64,000 nucleotides of DNA. It comes from Amoebophrya sp. A120. Lineage: Eukaryota; Protista; Dinoflagellata. The translations under genes and the position numbers were made by a program. Below, in pieces: positions 46,252-58,910 of this stretch. Where the stretch lies: NCBI GenBank assembly GCA_905178155.1, contig CAJINV010000004.1, forward strand, positions 3,063,014 through 3,127,013, given 5' to 3'. Numbering within the stretch: position 1 is the first letter of the stretch; each line of letters opens with the position of its first letter. The notes under the pieces were generated by a model, which saw only the letters and a list, made by a program, of their open reading frames with translations, did no database searches and was not told the origin of the DNA.

Positions 46252-46989
46252 TTTTTATTTTTTGTTTTTATTGAGAAAACTGAAAGACGAAGACGAAGCG
46301 CTTTTTCTTTTTGTTTTTCTTACATCTTGATCTTCTCGTTCTCTGGCTCATTGAGTACAAGAAATTTTTAGCGTGCTAACCGAAATCCTTGTGTCAAAAA
46401 GTACTCACCTCCTCCCTGACCTGAAAGCGAAAGGACTGGAGAACTTGAGTCATAAATAGGTAGTTGTCGTCCACCTTTTAGATGGAACGACATTCCTCAA
46501 ATTGATCCAACGAAAACTTCTAGAAGTGTGTGCATTCTACCCGTCGTGTGGCTTTTGCGCATCAGCCCGTCGGGCATTCATAATTTAGATCAGTTGTGAT
46601 GTCTGTGGATTAATAGGAGGTTTCTATTCCACCTGCTCCAGCATTCAATCGAAGCGGAACACGGTCTCCACACAATAAGCATGGTTGCAAGAACAATATC
46701 CACGAAATGGTGAAGTAGGATTGGTTTTATCAATCTTTATCTTCCGGTGAAAGAAAACGATTTACATCACATCAACGTAAACAACATGTGTCGTCCTCGT
46801 CTCAGAACGGAAACGTAGGGAAGGTTTCTCTGTGAAAGGGGTACGTGCTCCAGACCGTGGGGGTACAGACTGAGACTCAAGCGGTTTGCTGAATTATGGG
46901 CGCACGTCACAACGCTTCGCGTTGATTGGAGGTTCTTCATCTTCAGAGCGTGATGAAACACTTTTACCCATCACAACTTTCTTCGTCTC

Positions 46990-48453
46990 CTACTTCTTCT
47001 TCGCCTGCTTCTTTCTCTCCCCTTCGATGAGTTTCCGCACCTTTTTGTACTGGTTTTTGGTCAACTCCTCCCCGTTGACATCGTGTGTCGGAAACCCGTC
47101 GGCATCGATATCAAATGCAAAAATGTAGTCTGGGTCTGGAAGAATGCAAGACTTGTCATGCATATTTCTCATGACCCATGACGCCTGTAATGCATGACCT
47201 AGCCTCGCAGACTTCTGGAGGGCTTCCTGATGCACATTCCGCATGAGAAATGCCCTATCCGTGTAGCGCAAAGTGCACCCTTCTTGCTGGTCATGCAATA
47301 CAATTTTTTTTGGAGTCCAAAAACAGCATGACAAGTTGCAATCTTCCAGACCCAGACATTTTTGCATTTGATAATCGAATTTTGAGTACAACGCCGGGTC
47401 CTTCAAATCGACGGCGGAATTGTTGGCTGCCGTGGCGTCGGCTCCTGCAGGCGCGGCCGTAGTTGCGGCCTTGGCTGAGGCTGTACCCGGTGCTGCTGAT
47501 GTAGTAGTGCCAGCACCACTGCTGGACGCCTGCGCAGAGGCGGTTGTAGAGGTTGACGAAGATGAACCTGGGGTGATGAATAATAGAGTGGTAGAAGTCG
47601 GTCGATGGATAGTTCAAACGATAACGAGGTTTCGTGATCCTTCCACGACTCCTACGACCTAAAAAGAGCAAAAAAAAGGTTCTACCTTATCAAAACCAGA
47701 CATCTTCTGAAGGTCGTTTGCGCGGCTGTAGTCCATCATCATCTTTATGCATATTATCGTACTCTTCAGTGAAAAATCATACTTGTTAATACCCTCATGA
47801 AACGATCCGTCTGGGCGCACGATGTTTGCGGTTTCTGGTCTTCGAAAGTTCGGATTCACTGCCTGGATGCGGAAGCCATCGGGACGGGGGAGCGGCTGGT
47901 AGAAGTTAGGGTTGGTCGGCACATAGCGGTAGGCGATAGAACTGACACCGGAAGTAGAGTAGGTTGACGCTGAGGTGGTAGAAGTCGCTGGATTTTTTGC
48001 TGTCGCTGTCGTACTAGAGGCAGTACCGGTTGTGCGAGGGACGGGAACGAATGCTGCGGAGGATCGATGAATTATGGATTTGAAATTATCAATCTACCCC
48101 ACAGATGACGAGTCAGTGACAAACACAAACCAAAACCAAAATGCACTCAATTGCGGTGCAGTTGTGAATAGGGCTCCTGCAAGTGAATCTAGTACTAGTA
48201 CATGGTTAAAAAATAGAAATGGTAAATAGATACTGTGTGTTGTCCGATCACAGATACACGCAGCTGCAAAGATGAAACACAAGGCGAGTACAAGCAATAA
48301 ATAACGGATACCTGCACTACTGGCTCCCGCTGCTGCACTCGTAGGTTGTACCATCGCAACAAGTTTCGTGCCGGTTCCAGCCGAAGCTGCGACCCTCGAG
48401 GCTGGAATGACCACCCGATGGCCAAATAGTGACTTCACGTGGTTCAGATCCAT
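46990..48453 (-). CDS. Multi-exon hypothetical protein ending in a cysteinyl-tRNA-synthetase C-terminus-like segment; start uncertain
   Basis: [31 protein letters not shown] resembles the YSKFDENGLPTHD..GKELSK..KKL tail of eukaryotic CysRS; no HIGH/KMSKS catalytic domain visible. Confidence 0.55.
47109..47373. mobile_element. Introner-like TIR element family A (opposite orientation to 20477)
   Basis: tatcaaatgcaaaaatg / catttttgcatttgata; perfect TSD atcga. Confidence 0.94.
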
Positions 48454-49956
48454 TGCGTCGCGTTGTTGGAGTTGGAAATACCCGCGGCTTCGTCCTCGAC
48501 GTAGTAAGTTGTACGAGCAGCTGCCAGCTGGATTCCGTTACTTTCTGCTTCGTTGGTTGATGTCCTTTCGACGTCCGAGCAGGCGCACGCGCATACAAAG
48601 GTTTAAAACAATCTGCTTTAGCTAAGTGTCACTGGTAAACGAGGAGCTGTCGCTGTGGCTGCTACGCTATGAGCTACTGTGCTAGCAACCAAGAATCAGT
48701 GGTGGTATCAGGAGTTACACAATCATGAAGGGAGCGGATAAAATATGTCCTCTCATTGGAGGTACTAACTAGTATTGGGCGCGCATCTACAATTTCTACT
48801 CAAAAATAGCTGCAGGTATCGTTCTTGATCTTGTTGTGTTGCTTTTCGTTATGGTTGCAGGAGTGGTGCTAACAACAATGAGGAGAAAAATAATCAATAG
48901 TAAGCGAAGCTGTCCTTGTTCTTCACCGGATCTTTGCAAGACAAAATCGACATACAGTCACTGTGGTTTAGTTTCTGAATAGGATCTGGAAATGCCAGTG
49001 GCCGCGGGCGGGAGACCTTGTTTTATTTCAAACTTTTAGTTTCAATTCTACTTAATCTGCATCTTGTACATTCGATCTCCATGTCGATCTCGATGATCTG
49101 AAAAGCAGCGAAGAAACAGCAGCGCGACCTTGTCCTGCTTATCCTGGTGGTGCAGCACTTCGACAATCATCTTCACACCAGTGTCGTGCATGTGGGTGCT
49201 ATGAAATTGAAAGTGTGCTAACCTATTACATCGGAAAAGGAAAGACCAAGTGGCTGCGAGCTCGCGGGAATCAAGAATAGACGACCGCAAACAAAAAACA
49301 CCTCCGGACGAGGACTGGGTCATGTAGCTGAACGCGAAGAAAGCGGGCACAGCGACATTTCCCACAGCAGTTAGCCTAGGCGTGAAGCCATACGCTACAA
49401 CTTTGGCGAGGATTGTGTGAAGAGGAGCTCCTGTCTTGCTTTTGTACATGTTAATGTTAGTGCATGCTCAAGACCAACGTCTTCCCAGCCAAATAATCTA
49501 CAATGTACGCGGTGTCGATGTCGGGCTGATGGTGACGGCAATTCTCATTTCGTTCGACGCACCGCAACAACGGACCATGTCTCGTCCTGTGCAACCAAAT
49601 AAAACCCAGAAGATGCCAAAGTGTGTATAATCAAGATAAAGAGGGCCTTTGTCTGAAATCGCCCTCCTTTGTAATGTATGCTTTGTGTTTCTTCGAAAGT
49701 TCTTGTGCTTCAGATGAAAGAGTAAGAGTACAATCATGCGAAAGAGTAAAAACAAAATTTTTGTGATTTATTCATCGTGTGTAGTAATTGAGATACATCA
49801 TAGATCTGCTACTTAGAAGTGTAGGTGACATTCACATCATTTGCCATGAAAATCTAAACTTGTACTTGAGAAGCCATGTTGCAGCCATAGCCAGATTTTA
49901 TAAACCATAAAGAAACCCTAACCCTGATCAGATAAGGTGAGTCGTCATGTCCTACC

Positions 49957-52741
49957 TCACATTTCCGGCACGGAGGAATCCAAGCCGATTTGGCTCGCCA
50001 CCCCGCTGGCCATGCCCAGCTCCCGGATCAGCGCGTCCGCGTGCTTAAACACCGGATTATCCTCCTCCCCCAATTGGCTTTTGCTGTCGATCAGCTTTTG
50101 CATTGCCTGCAAAAACTGCAACTGGTACTCCGATTTCTGCTTCAGCGCGTTGCTCTTCAGCTCGGCGTTCTCGAGCTTCAGGGCGTCGCGCTCGTTCTCG
50201 ATGACCGCCAGTTTCTCCCGAATGACCAGTTCGTCCAGCACTGGCCCCGTTGTCTCACGCAGCTTGCTCGCATCCCCGCCGGCCCCGCCCGCGGTCTGCA
50301 GATCCGTGGCACCCTCCGACATCACACTGCTCATGCCCCGTAGGCCGCTAGACGATGTCGCACCCATCATCCGCAGCGCAAGCACCCGGTCTCGCTGCTT
50401 GGTCACCAGCTGCATCTTGGAGGTGAGCAAGTCGTTTTCCTGCAAGAGCCTGCGCGCATACGTCACCAACCGCTCCAGCCGAAACTCCATGCTCTGCTCC
50501 CGCGCATAGACAGGATTTTCCTGCGCCCGCTCGGCGGCATCGTAAACGCCTTCGACTGAACGCAGCTGCTGTGCCAGGCTGCCCCCACCGCTGCGCCCGC
50601 CCCGCGAGGCGGCGGCCTGTGCCTGTCGTGTGGATCATACATACCATTCTCCTGTTGTAGCAAGCGGGTGTGGATCGTACGAATTCATTGTGAAGTGGAA
50701 CGCAAGTGGAAAAACGAGAACAACATGATCACAAGTCGAACTACCAGATATAGATACCTCTTGCTGCGCGGCTTGAAACGCTTGCTTGAGCGACGACATT
50801 TGGTCTCGGTACGTGCGGAGGGTTTTCACCAGGATTCGCTCGTGGTGCCGCTGCATGTCCTCCATGTCGTCTAGGCAATCCTCCTATGGATTGCAAAAAT
50901 GTCTGGGTCTGGAAGATGTCATGCTTGTCTGGCATGACAAAAAAGTTTGTGATGCGTGTCCAAGAAGAGACCCTAGTTTTGCCTGTCATGCAAAAACGCA
51001 GTTTCTCATGCGAAAAACGCAACACAAAGAAGCGCAGATATTTCTCATGCTCGGCTGTGCATTACAGAGCGTTCACTATAATTACCAACACAGCATTACA
51101 AGTTTGAGTGTCCAGACCCAGACATTTTTGCACTTGATACCTCCACGCTCCCATAGCCGCCGTCCCCGATGACGTATCCGTTGTTTTCCTTGTATGGCGT
51201 TCTCAAACGTTACACTCTCAACTGTTACATGACTTTGTCATGGAAAATGACGACGAGCCACTAGACGACCAAGCTGCTTCGCATGACAAATTCGCTGAGA
51301 GCTAAATAGCACTAGAATCCGCACCAAATCTGTAATGCACGACGCGCAGGGTTCTCCCTCACGCTCACCTGTACTTTTCTCGCATTACAAATTCCTGTAA
51401 CAGTTGAGAATGTAACATTTGAGAATCCCATACCTTGTGCTGGTAGAAGTTCTTCGGCAGAATGGAGGAGATATTAAACGCGTTGTTGGTGCTCTGCAAG
51501 TCAGAGTTTTTGTACTTCTCCAGCCGTCCATTGCGCTGCCACTCCCGAAACGCGAGCTTCAGCAGGGTCGGCTTTTTGTGCTTCGCGACCTGATCACCGA
51601 CAAAGACGCCCGCACGCTTCCCCAAATCCTGCAGCTCCACGCGACGGTGGACGACGTTGAGCTGAGAGTGCGAATTTGAAGATAAGTACATAGAGTTTCA
51701 TAGCAGGTGCAAACGCGAGCGTTCTTTTTGTGCACTTGAACTTCATCTTCTCTAGCAACATTTCATCTGAACAATGTGACGAACAGATTTCCCTTTAATT
51801 TTGTTTCGGCACAATCTTCAAACACAAGCACAACTACATAGTACCCATGCGTGAAAGGTGATTTTTCTCCGGACGCGTTGGCTGAGTTGGTTCGAGATAG
51901 CCATCTCCACGACGGACTGGGCCTGTTCCATGCGCAGGTATGCATCGCAAAACAAGTATCGTACGTAGAAGTCGTTGTAGTTATATTTCGCAGCTCCTAG
52001 TCCTATGCATTACCATCATCTGCTCAATCAGCATGACAAAGTCCAACAATTTTTTTTTCTCATGCTGAGCAAATTTGTAATCCAGTTGCTCCTACTTAGT
52101 ACGATACTTTCATCACTGTGGATAGCAGAGCCACGTTCTCCACGATTTCTTCGATTTCACCCCGCATGGCGCCCACGCTGGTTTCCACGCGGGTTCGCAC
52201 CTCTTGCGTCACCGAGTTGTATAGTTCCTGGAGCTGGTTCATGGTCGGCCGGTTGGGCCCGTGGTGCTCCTTCGCCACCCACCAGGCGATGAAGGCCTTC
52301 TGCAGACACATCTTCCGTCCCTTGATCAGGTAAGGCACTTTCATGTCGATCAGGTGCGCTTCGTCAATCTCGTTCGCAGGAGCGTGGGTCCTGGTTGTAA
52401 ATAAATTACGATTACCATCCATCCACATCCACTATCACATCTGCATGTTCGAACAGTCGCGTTGCACACGATGCGAACTCGAAGGAACAATCTAGGGAGT
52501 TGTTGGAATCAACAGTAACACAGCCAAGAAAACCAGAAGGGTACTACGAGGACGAAAAAATCAAGCGAGGCCTTCATCGAAGCCACGAGTGTCATAACTT
52601 CATCACTTACCCGAGTTCCTGCACCAGGGTTCGCATGTCGGCAAGGAGGGCGCCTTGCTTCAGACTCTCCACGGGATTATTCATCGGCGCAGTCCCCTCA
52701 TCGGACGTGACCGCATCGACCACACGGGAAGCTGTCGCCAT
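49957..52741 (-). CDS. Multi-exon coiled-coil hypothetical protein
   Basis: Starts MATASRVVDAVTSDEG; in-frame joins NVAL|RMEQ, FYQHK|ENNGY, GSVE|DCLDD across three elements. Confidence 0.7.
50885..51139. mobile_element. Introner-like TIR element family A (yields GT-AG)
   Basis: tgcaaaaatgtctgggtctgga / tccagacccagacatttttgca; perfect TSD cctcc. Confidence 0.93.
51193..51432. mobile_element. Introner-like TIR element family C (yields GT-AG)
   Basis: tatggcgttctcaaacgttacactctcaactgttac / gtaacagttgagaatgtaacatttgagaatcccata; perfect TSD ccttg. Confidence 0.94.
51939..52124. mobile_element. Introner-like TIR element family D
   Basis: aagtatcgtac / gtacgatactt IR; TAT..ATA ends; flanks gcagg/gcaga. 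Confidence 0.87.
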
Positions 52742-53862
52742 TCTTTATGACTTGTTAGAGTTAAGTCTGAATGAAAGACAGCAGCTGCAACAGTGACTGA
52801 TACCAAGAAGAAGTTCTGTGTGAAACAAGAAACGGCTCCTCGATGCCAATATTCTTTACGAACTAGCTTCCTTTTCTTGATTTATTGGCATTCTTTTTTT
52901 CCCGATCCCGACTACATCTACAATGCCATCCCTTGTAATTGCACTTGCAGAAAAAAAAAGCAACTGTCGCAGACAGATCTTTTGCTCACGACGACCATGA
53001 ATCTTGAATTCTCCCTGCGTTGATGTCGCATGCGCACTACAGACGAAAAAATGGGAGGAGAAACATGATTCACGACCACGAATAAAACTTATTTAAGTAG
53101 ATTTACTTTTGGTTTGTTTCTCCTTTCATAATGATGGTTGACGAATGGCAAGCGGCCTACCGTTAGGACTATTCCGCGACATTATTCTTGTTGACGAAAA
53201 GCTGGGTGGCGATGACGAAAAGTAGCTAGATGTAGGAGACGATCTAGATGTGAGTGAAAAGGTAATAACGAGATGTTCACCTTCAACATGCGTGTGCGTC
53301 ACAGATGCAAAATTGCTGAAACGTTGTGCATCACGGAAACGACTTGACAACTAAACTCCGAAGGCTGGTACGGTAGCGCTTCCTCGTGAGAAAATTTTAT
53401 CAAGCATACAAGAATGAAATGATCAACAGCCTACGAGTTTTTACGACACGGCATCGAGTTGGGATGCATGGTGTCCACGAAGGTATCATAATCAACATTA
53501 ACGACCCACGACCAACGAAAACTTTACTACAATCGGCGAGGACTGACCTGCTGATCCTGATCCTGATGCTGGTACCTAGGCGGAAAGGAAAATGCTAATT
53601 GATATAGATATATGTTGTTTGCAGAACACGAGTACATTTGCTGTTAATATTCGTCCTTTTTGTTTGTTCACTCTTCTCAGATTGTGACTGTTATACATAG
53701 TTTCTAGGAAAACTACAGAGCAGCAGCTGCATTTCATCTTGCGTTCGTCACACAAGGAGCTGCAGAACGAAGTGAAGTTCGCAGGTGACCCCAAAGATGC
53801 CATCTGTCATCAACATCACCTCCTTGTCCTTGCGACGTTCATTATACTTCAGAACCTATCTA

Positions 53863-56559
53863 TCAGGAGTTAAATAGCCGCATTTCCAATCTTCCCCCGT
53901 GGCTGCTATAGCGGCAGGCCTTGTACGGTGTGTAACTGACCGACAACACATCGAGGCTGTCGAGGCGGATGCCGCTGGCTACCCAGCCACGCACGGTGTA
54001 GTCGATGCGCGCGACGGCTTTTTCCTCCCAGGGCACGTCCGGCTGGTTCTGCGCATTGCTGCTGTACCGCAGCACCGCCTTCAGGTGCAGTTTGGTCTCC
54101 AGGTTCCCGATCTCCAACACGAGCAGTCGGCCCTTCTCATCAAACCTGCCCACCATGCTGTCGTCGAAGTATGCATTGCAAAAGCATCGCACTACTGTAA
54201 ATTGCATGACAAACTATCTCAGCAAGACAAATGCAATTTGTAATGCTGTTTTACCTTGAGGAAAACATTTGTCATGCATATTTGCAATTACAATTAGTAC
54301 GAGTACAATACTTTTGCACGACAGGATACGAAGGTCACGCCGGCGATGGACTCGGGCACGCGAATCTCGATCTTGAACTGTTCCACTGCCACCTGGGAGG
54401 TTTTGTAATTGAAGCAAAATCAAAATAAAGAATCATCCTCAATGTCGAACTTCTCCTGATGTTTGTCTCTTCCATCATGATTTTTCGAGCATCTGATTTC
54501 TTGGCGGCACCGCCGGTCATCTTACCTTATTCTGCCTGGTGATCGATAGTCTGGGCGAGACCTCGATGTCGAGCAGACCCTTGTCGCTGTGATACACCAG
54601 CGAGCCACGAAAGTGGAAGGGCAGCTTTATGTTGCTGTCGTTGCGCCAGTAGCTGGCAAGCTGAAACTGCCCGTCGGGAGGCACAAATTGCAAAACCTTG
54701 TCGCGATCGAACCTAGAATGATGTTTTTGTTGATTTTGGTTGTCTGTGACGAGCTGGACGGCGCATAAAAGTTCCAATGCAGATGCTTCAAGTCGAAGTA
54801 ACTTTGCGGATGGAAAATCTGAAGATCTAGACCAACTGGGACTAAGACAGCGGTGTACTTTGGCAATTTGACGCAGGGGTGGAAGGACGCGTTTTCCAGC
54901 ACCTGGGGCTCTTTCAACGAGATTGCCACCTCCGGCTGCGCGCCGCTGAGCTATCACACAGAAAAAAGCAGGCAGGTCATATTTGTAATGCAAAGATAAA
55001 TTAATACACAGAACAATCTGCATTGCATATGCTAAGCAGCACGCTATGGGGCCGCCTATGACAGATTTTTCAGTGTATTTATTTTTGCATTACAAATCCG
55101 ACCTGCCTGCTTTTTTCTGTGGGATATGAGCTTCGAGGTGGCCAGCATCTCGCCCACGATGCCCCCCGCGATGATGAGTCCGTTCTCGTCCAGGATCATG
55201 TCCGCGCGCTCCACCGTGTCCACGTAGATTTCGTTGGTGGTGTAGATCGCATCGGCCTTTCGCCACCACACCTCGTCGGAGGGTCCGCCAATTTTTGCCG
55301 GTGTCTGCCCCAGCGCGGCCCCCAGCGTGCTGGAAAGCGTGTTCCAGGTGTCCGCGATATACCCGCTGCTGTCCGGACTGGAGCTCTTCTGCGCTTTCGG
55401 GTCCACGGTGTCGTTTCGAACCACATTCGGCTTGCCGCCGGCCACCACCTGCGTCACCTTCTTCAGCGTGGAGGGTGGATCGATGATGCTTTCCAGTGAA
55501 TTCAGCTCCAGGCTGAAGGGCGCGCCGGAGCTGTCGATCATTTCGTCGAGCAGCAGGTAGACGGAGGAGAAGTTCTGCCGCAGCAAATCATCGGTGAGAG
55601 TCTGCTCGGTAGAGGACGCGAAGCAGTAGCGACAAAGCACTTTGTGAATCCCGCCCAGAACCTCGATCACGGTGCTATTATTTTTTGTATTTCGATGATT
55701 TCCAAAAGAAGTAGGAGGTTATTTTGCCGAGGACATATAAACGGAAAGCAAAAAGAAAAAGTAAATGACGAAAGAAAATTATTTGCAACTGACGCTTGCA
55801 AATTGAGCTTCTTGGGGTTGGGGGAAAACAACAAGGGAAGGAACCGCTATTTACGCCATCAATCATCATATGTACAGTGGCGGCACTTCCTTCGTTACCA
55901 CGGCCAAGTAGACCAGTCTGTCCCTGCAGATGTGTATCAACGCCATTTTTTCGTTGTCTGCTCGTATTATTTTCGGAATCTGATGAAGGCTGCCTACCTG
56001 GAGTAGATGAAAAAGGTAAGGATTTTCATTACAATAGCCTGTTCCTGGTTATTTGTCAAGCCAGATGAATAGGAGCACGACGTGCACATCACATCAGAAT
56101 AAATCACGCCAATCGAAAACTCTTCTTATACATCAAAAATACGATCCTGCTTTCCGTTTTCGCGTTCACCCGTCTTCTTCTTTTTGACGGCGACCGCCCG
56201 TTGATGCTGTTCCCGCCGCTGGTGGCTAAGCTTCCCTTGGAAAACGATTTGCGCTTGTCGGGGCTGCGGTGGTTGTTTCGGATGGTCTCCAGGTACTCGA
56301 GAAAGGGCTCGCAGACCGACCGCGGCGCGGTCTGTTTGTATCCTGTGCAAAAGTATCGTAGTCGTACACTCGTACTAATCGCATTCATGCATTACAAGTT
56401 TCTTTCTCAAGTTGAATCCGCATTACAAATTCTATTCTCATGCTGAGGAGATTTGTCATGCGATTTATACTAGTACGATGCTTTTGCATTTCATAGTTTG
56501 TAGTGCTTCTCCACCACAAAGCTCCCCGTGGAGCTGATGATGAACAGAGAGTCGATCAT
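53863..56559 (-). CDS. AP3M: AP-3 adaptor complex medium (mu) subunit, multi-exon
   Basis: MIDSLFIISSTGSFVVEKHYK|QTAPRSVCEPF; EVPPLTVIEVL; NFSSVYLLLDEMID; WRKADAIYTTNEIYVDTVE; SFHPCV; FVPPDGQFQLASY; ASGIRLDSLDV..YTPYKACRY. Confidence 0.92.
54170..54328. mobile_element. Introner-like TIR element family D (reverse orientation)
   Basis: tatgcattgcaaaag / cttttgcacgacaggata; perfect TSD cgaag; junction AGVTF|DDSMV. Confidence 0.92.
54952..55126. mobile_element. Introner-like TIR element family F
   Basis: TIR tatcacacagaaaaaagcaggcaggtc / gacctgcctgcttttttctgtgggata; perfect TSD tgagc; junction TSKL|SGAQPEV. Confidence 0.94.
56339..56495. mobile_element. Introner-like TIR element family D
   Basis: tatcctgtgcaaaagtatcgta / tacgatgcttttgcatttcata; perfect TSD gtttg. 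Confidence 0.94.
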
Positions 56560-57582
56560 GGTGCTGCTCCGTGTCCCTCTTCTAGGGCAATGCAGCTGCT
56601 GCTGTCGAGCGGCCTCGTTGTCGTTCCACGTGGTCCTTCTCGTTCTCGGCTTTGTCACGCTTGCTCAGGAAACCGATCCCGAGGATCTTCTTCTCGACCG
56701 CAGTTTGACGACCTTGCGTTCTTATCGGCGCGGTTTTCACGCCAATTACATCTAAACGCCTCCACGCGGTGTTCGTTCCTGCAGCTTTCGTACCGGCAGG
56801 TACAGGCAGATGTGAAGATTTTATTTACGTGCGTCCAAGCCAAGCAGCCCCGAAAATGCCCCTTGGTCAGCAGAGCAAAGAGCCGTGGGTTGGAGCTACA
56901 TGGTCGACGTATTGCGCTCAGGCTTGCGCTTTACGTTGTCTCTTAAATAGAAGTTGTATTCACACGGCGTGCCTAGACATCGGAAAAAGCAGCGGTACGA
57001 AAAACTTACTGCAGTTGAGGGCTTACGGGTCGTCGGATTTTTGACTGGCGTCTAAACTCGTCGCTAACGATTTTCTATTTTTCAATTTTAATTATCATGA
57101 CGTGCAGTAGACACAAACAGAGTAGATCGTCCATAATTATCCTACTTGTACACGCTGGCGCTTCATCTAAAAAAGTGCACCACGACACTCAGGGGAGCCT
57201 AGCAGGGAAAAATATTGATGAAAGAACACTCACACGACATAGAAACAGCAACACAGTGGCTACCCGAGTTAACATTCTTTGACGCTTCGTTTTGCGCCGT
57301 AGCGGGGCTGAACAAGAGCAAAAAAGGTTTTTGCGAAACGAAGCGGAGCTTCATGCTCATCGTGCTGTAGTTGCTACCAACGTTAAGGGATTGGGATTGC
57401 CACGTGACCATCGCAACGTCGACGTTAACAACTAAAGGTAAAGCAGAGGACTTCAGTATCAGTTTTTGTTTTTTGGGTTGCTCAATACCGCGCATGGTAA
57501 ATACACCGATCGTCTGACACCGGTCCCCTGCTCCAACGCAATGATCAATCAACCTCCGCATCGCCACCAGTGGTTGTCCCGG

Positions 57583-58910
57583 TCAGGTAACATCGTCCAA
57601 ATTAGGCTCGGCCGCGGAGCTGCAGCTATCCTGTGCCCCGACGGAGGACAGGCCGTCGTTATGCTCGACCATGAGGCTCGACGTTGAGCAATTTTCGCCT
57701 GTAATTCCATCTTGTTCACCATCACCCCCCGGTTGCAGCGCTATGATTCTACCTGCCGCGTTTCGTGATCTTGCACCGCCCCTTGAATGCTGCTCACGCA
57801 ACTTGCTGCCAACTGTGGTTCCTCTTCCTCCATCTTCCGGCGGAAACAAGACGTCTGACCCACCTCCGTGTGCATGCAGTAGATGATCCTCGTTTTGTTC
57901 ATCCATGTCGTCACCGAACAGAAGCCGCTTGTGATCCTGCGCAACACGCACAAAATCCTCGTAATCGAGGGTGGCAAGTAGGTAGTCGGAGCACATTAGC
58001 GGGCACTCACCTAGAGGAATGGAGGAAGCATTATGATGTAGTTTGAAAGAACTGGAATTCAGCAAGAGCAACTTGAAATATTCTAACCCGGATTTGCTCT
58101 TGTGGTGTCTTAGTAGAGGCATGATCTGAAGTTGTTGTACGAGCAAAGTAGATGAGACAGGGCTTTTTTTCTTCTGCCCAAGTAAATACCCTCAAGCTGT
58201 CTGAGAAAGAGTTGGCAGACCAGTTCGAGCTCTTCCCCCGAGCAGGCATCAAAGGGCTCGAGCAGCGATTCCATGAGGAGGCAGTATTGTTGGTAGCAGG
58301 TGTACCAATCAAGCGGAAAGTCGTCCTCGCGGTCGTCGAACTTTCGTCCGTGCTGCAGGAATATGCCATGCAAAAGTATCGCAGTAGTATAAATCACAAT
58401 ACAAACTGGCTCAGCATTACAAATCAAATTTGTAATGCGGATTCACCTTAACAAGTAGAATTGTAATGCATAACTGCGATTACCACCAGTACGATGCTTT
58501 TGCACAGGATAAGGAAGTACTGCGTTACCGCCTCCGTAAACCCCGGCTCTGCGCAGAAGTCCTCCAGCTGCGTCAAGATCTCGATCCCCCGAGCGCGAAC
58601 TTCCGGCTGGACGAATATTGGACAAAAGGAATATGAATAAATATCTTATGTATTTATATTTTCTTCATAGTGATGCTAATAATTCGGCTACACATTCGCT
58701 GGGAACAGTTGACATAGAAGTGATGATAGCATCAGTCGCTATAGGAACACTTACTCGAAGAGCAAGATCCTCCAGAGACTCGTGCTCGTTCTGTAGTCGT
58801 CCCGTGGTGTCTTCAGTTTTGCCATCGCAGGCTGGTGGCGGTTCAGCGAGCATTGCACCGCCCTCGTTCATCTTCGCAGCCTCGCCTTGCTCCTCCTCGA
58901 GCGAGGCCAT
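57583..58910 (-). CDS. BART (ARL2/3-binding) domain protein, multi-exon
   Basis: TQYF|LQHGRKFDDREDDFPLDWYTCYQQYCLLMESLLEPF...YLLATLDYEDFVRVAQDHK matches the ARL2BP/CFAP36 BART pattern. Confidence 0.7.
58362..58511. mobile_element. Introner-like TIR element family D (reverse orientation)
   Basis: tgcaaaagtatcg / cgatgcttttgca; perfect TSD aggaa. Confidence 0.92.

Noticed and set aside
49913-49926. Telomere-like aaaccctaaccct (also single ccctaaa at about 31277, 31703, 63961)
   Set aside because: Only one or two units; expected by chance.
55675-55875. AP3M intron with tat...ata-like ends
   Set aside because: No TIR or TSD; an ordinary GT-AG splice gives the expected EVPPLTVIEVL.
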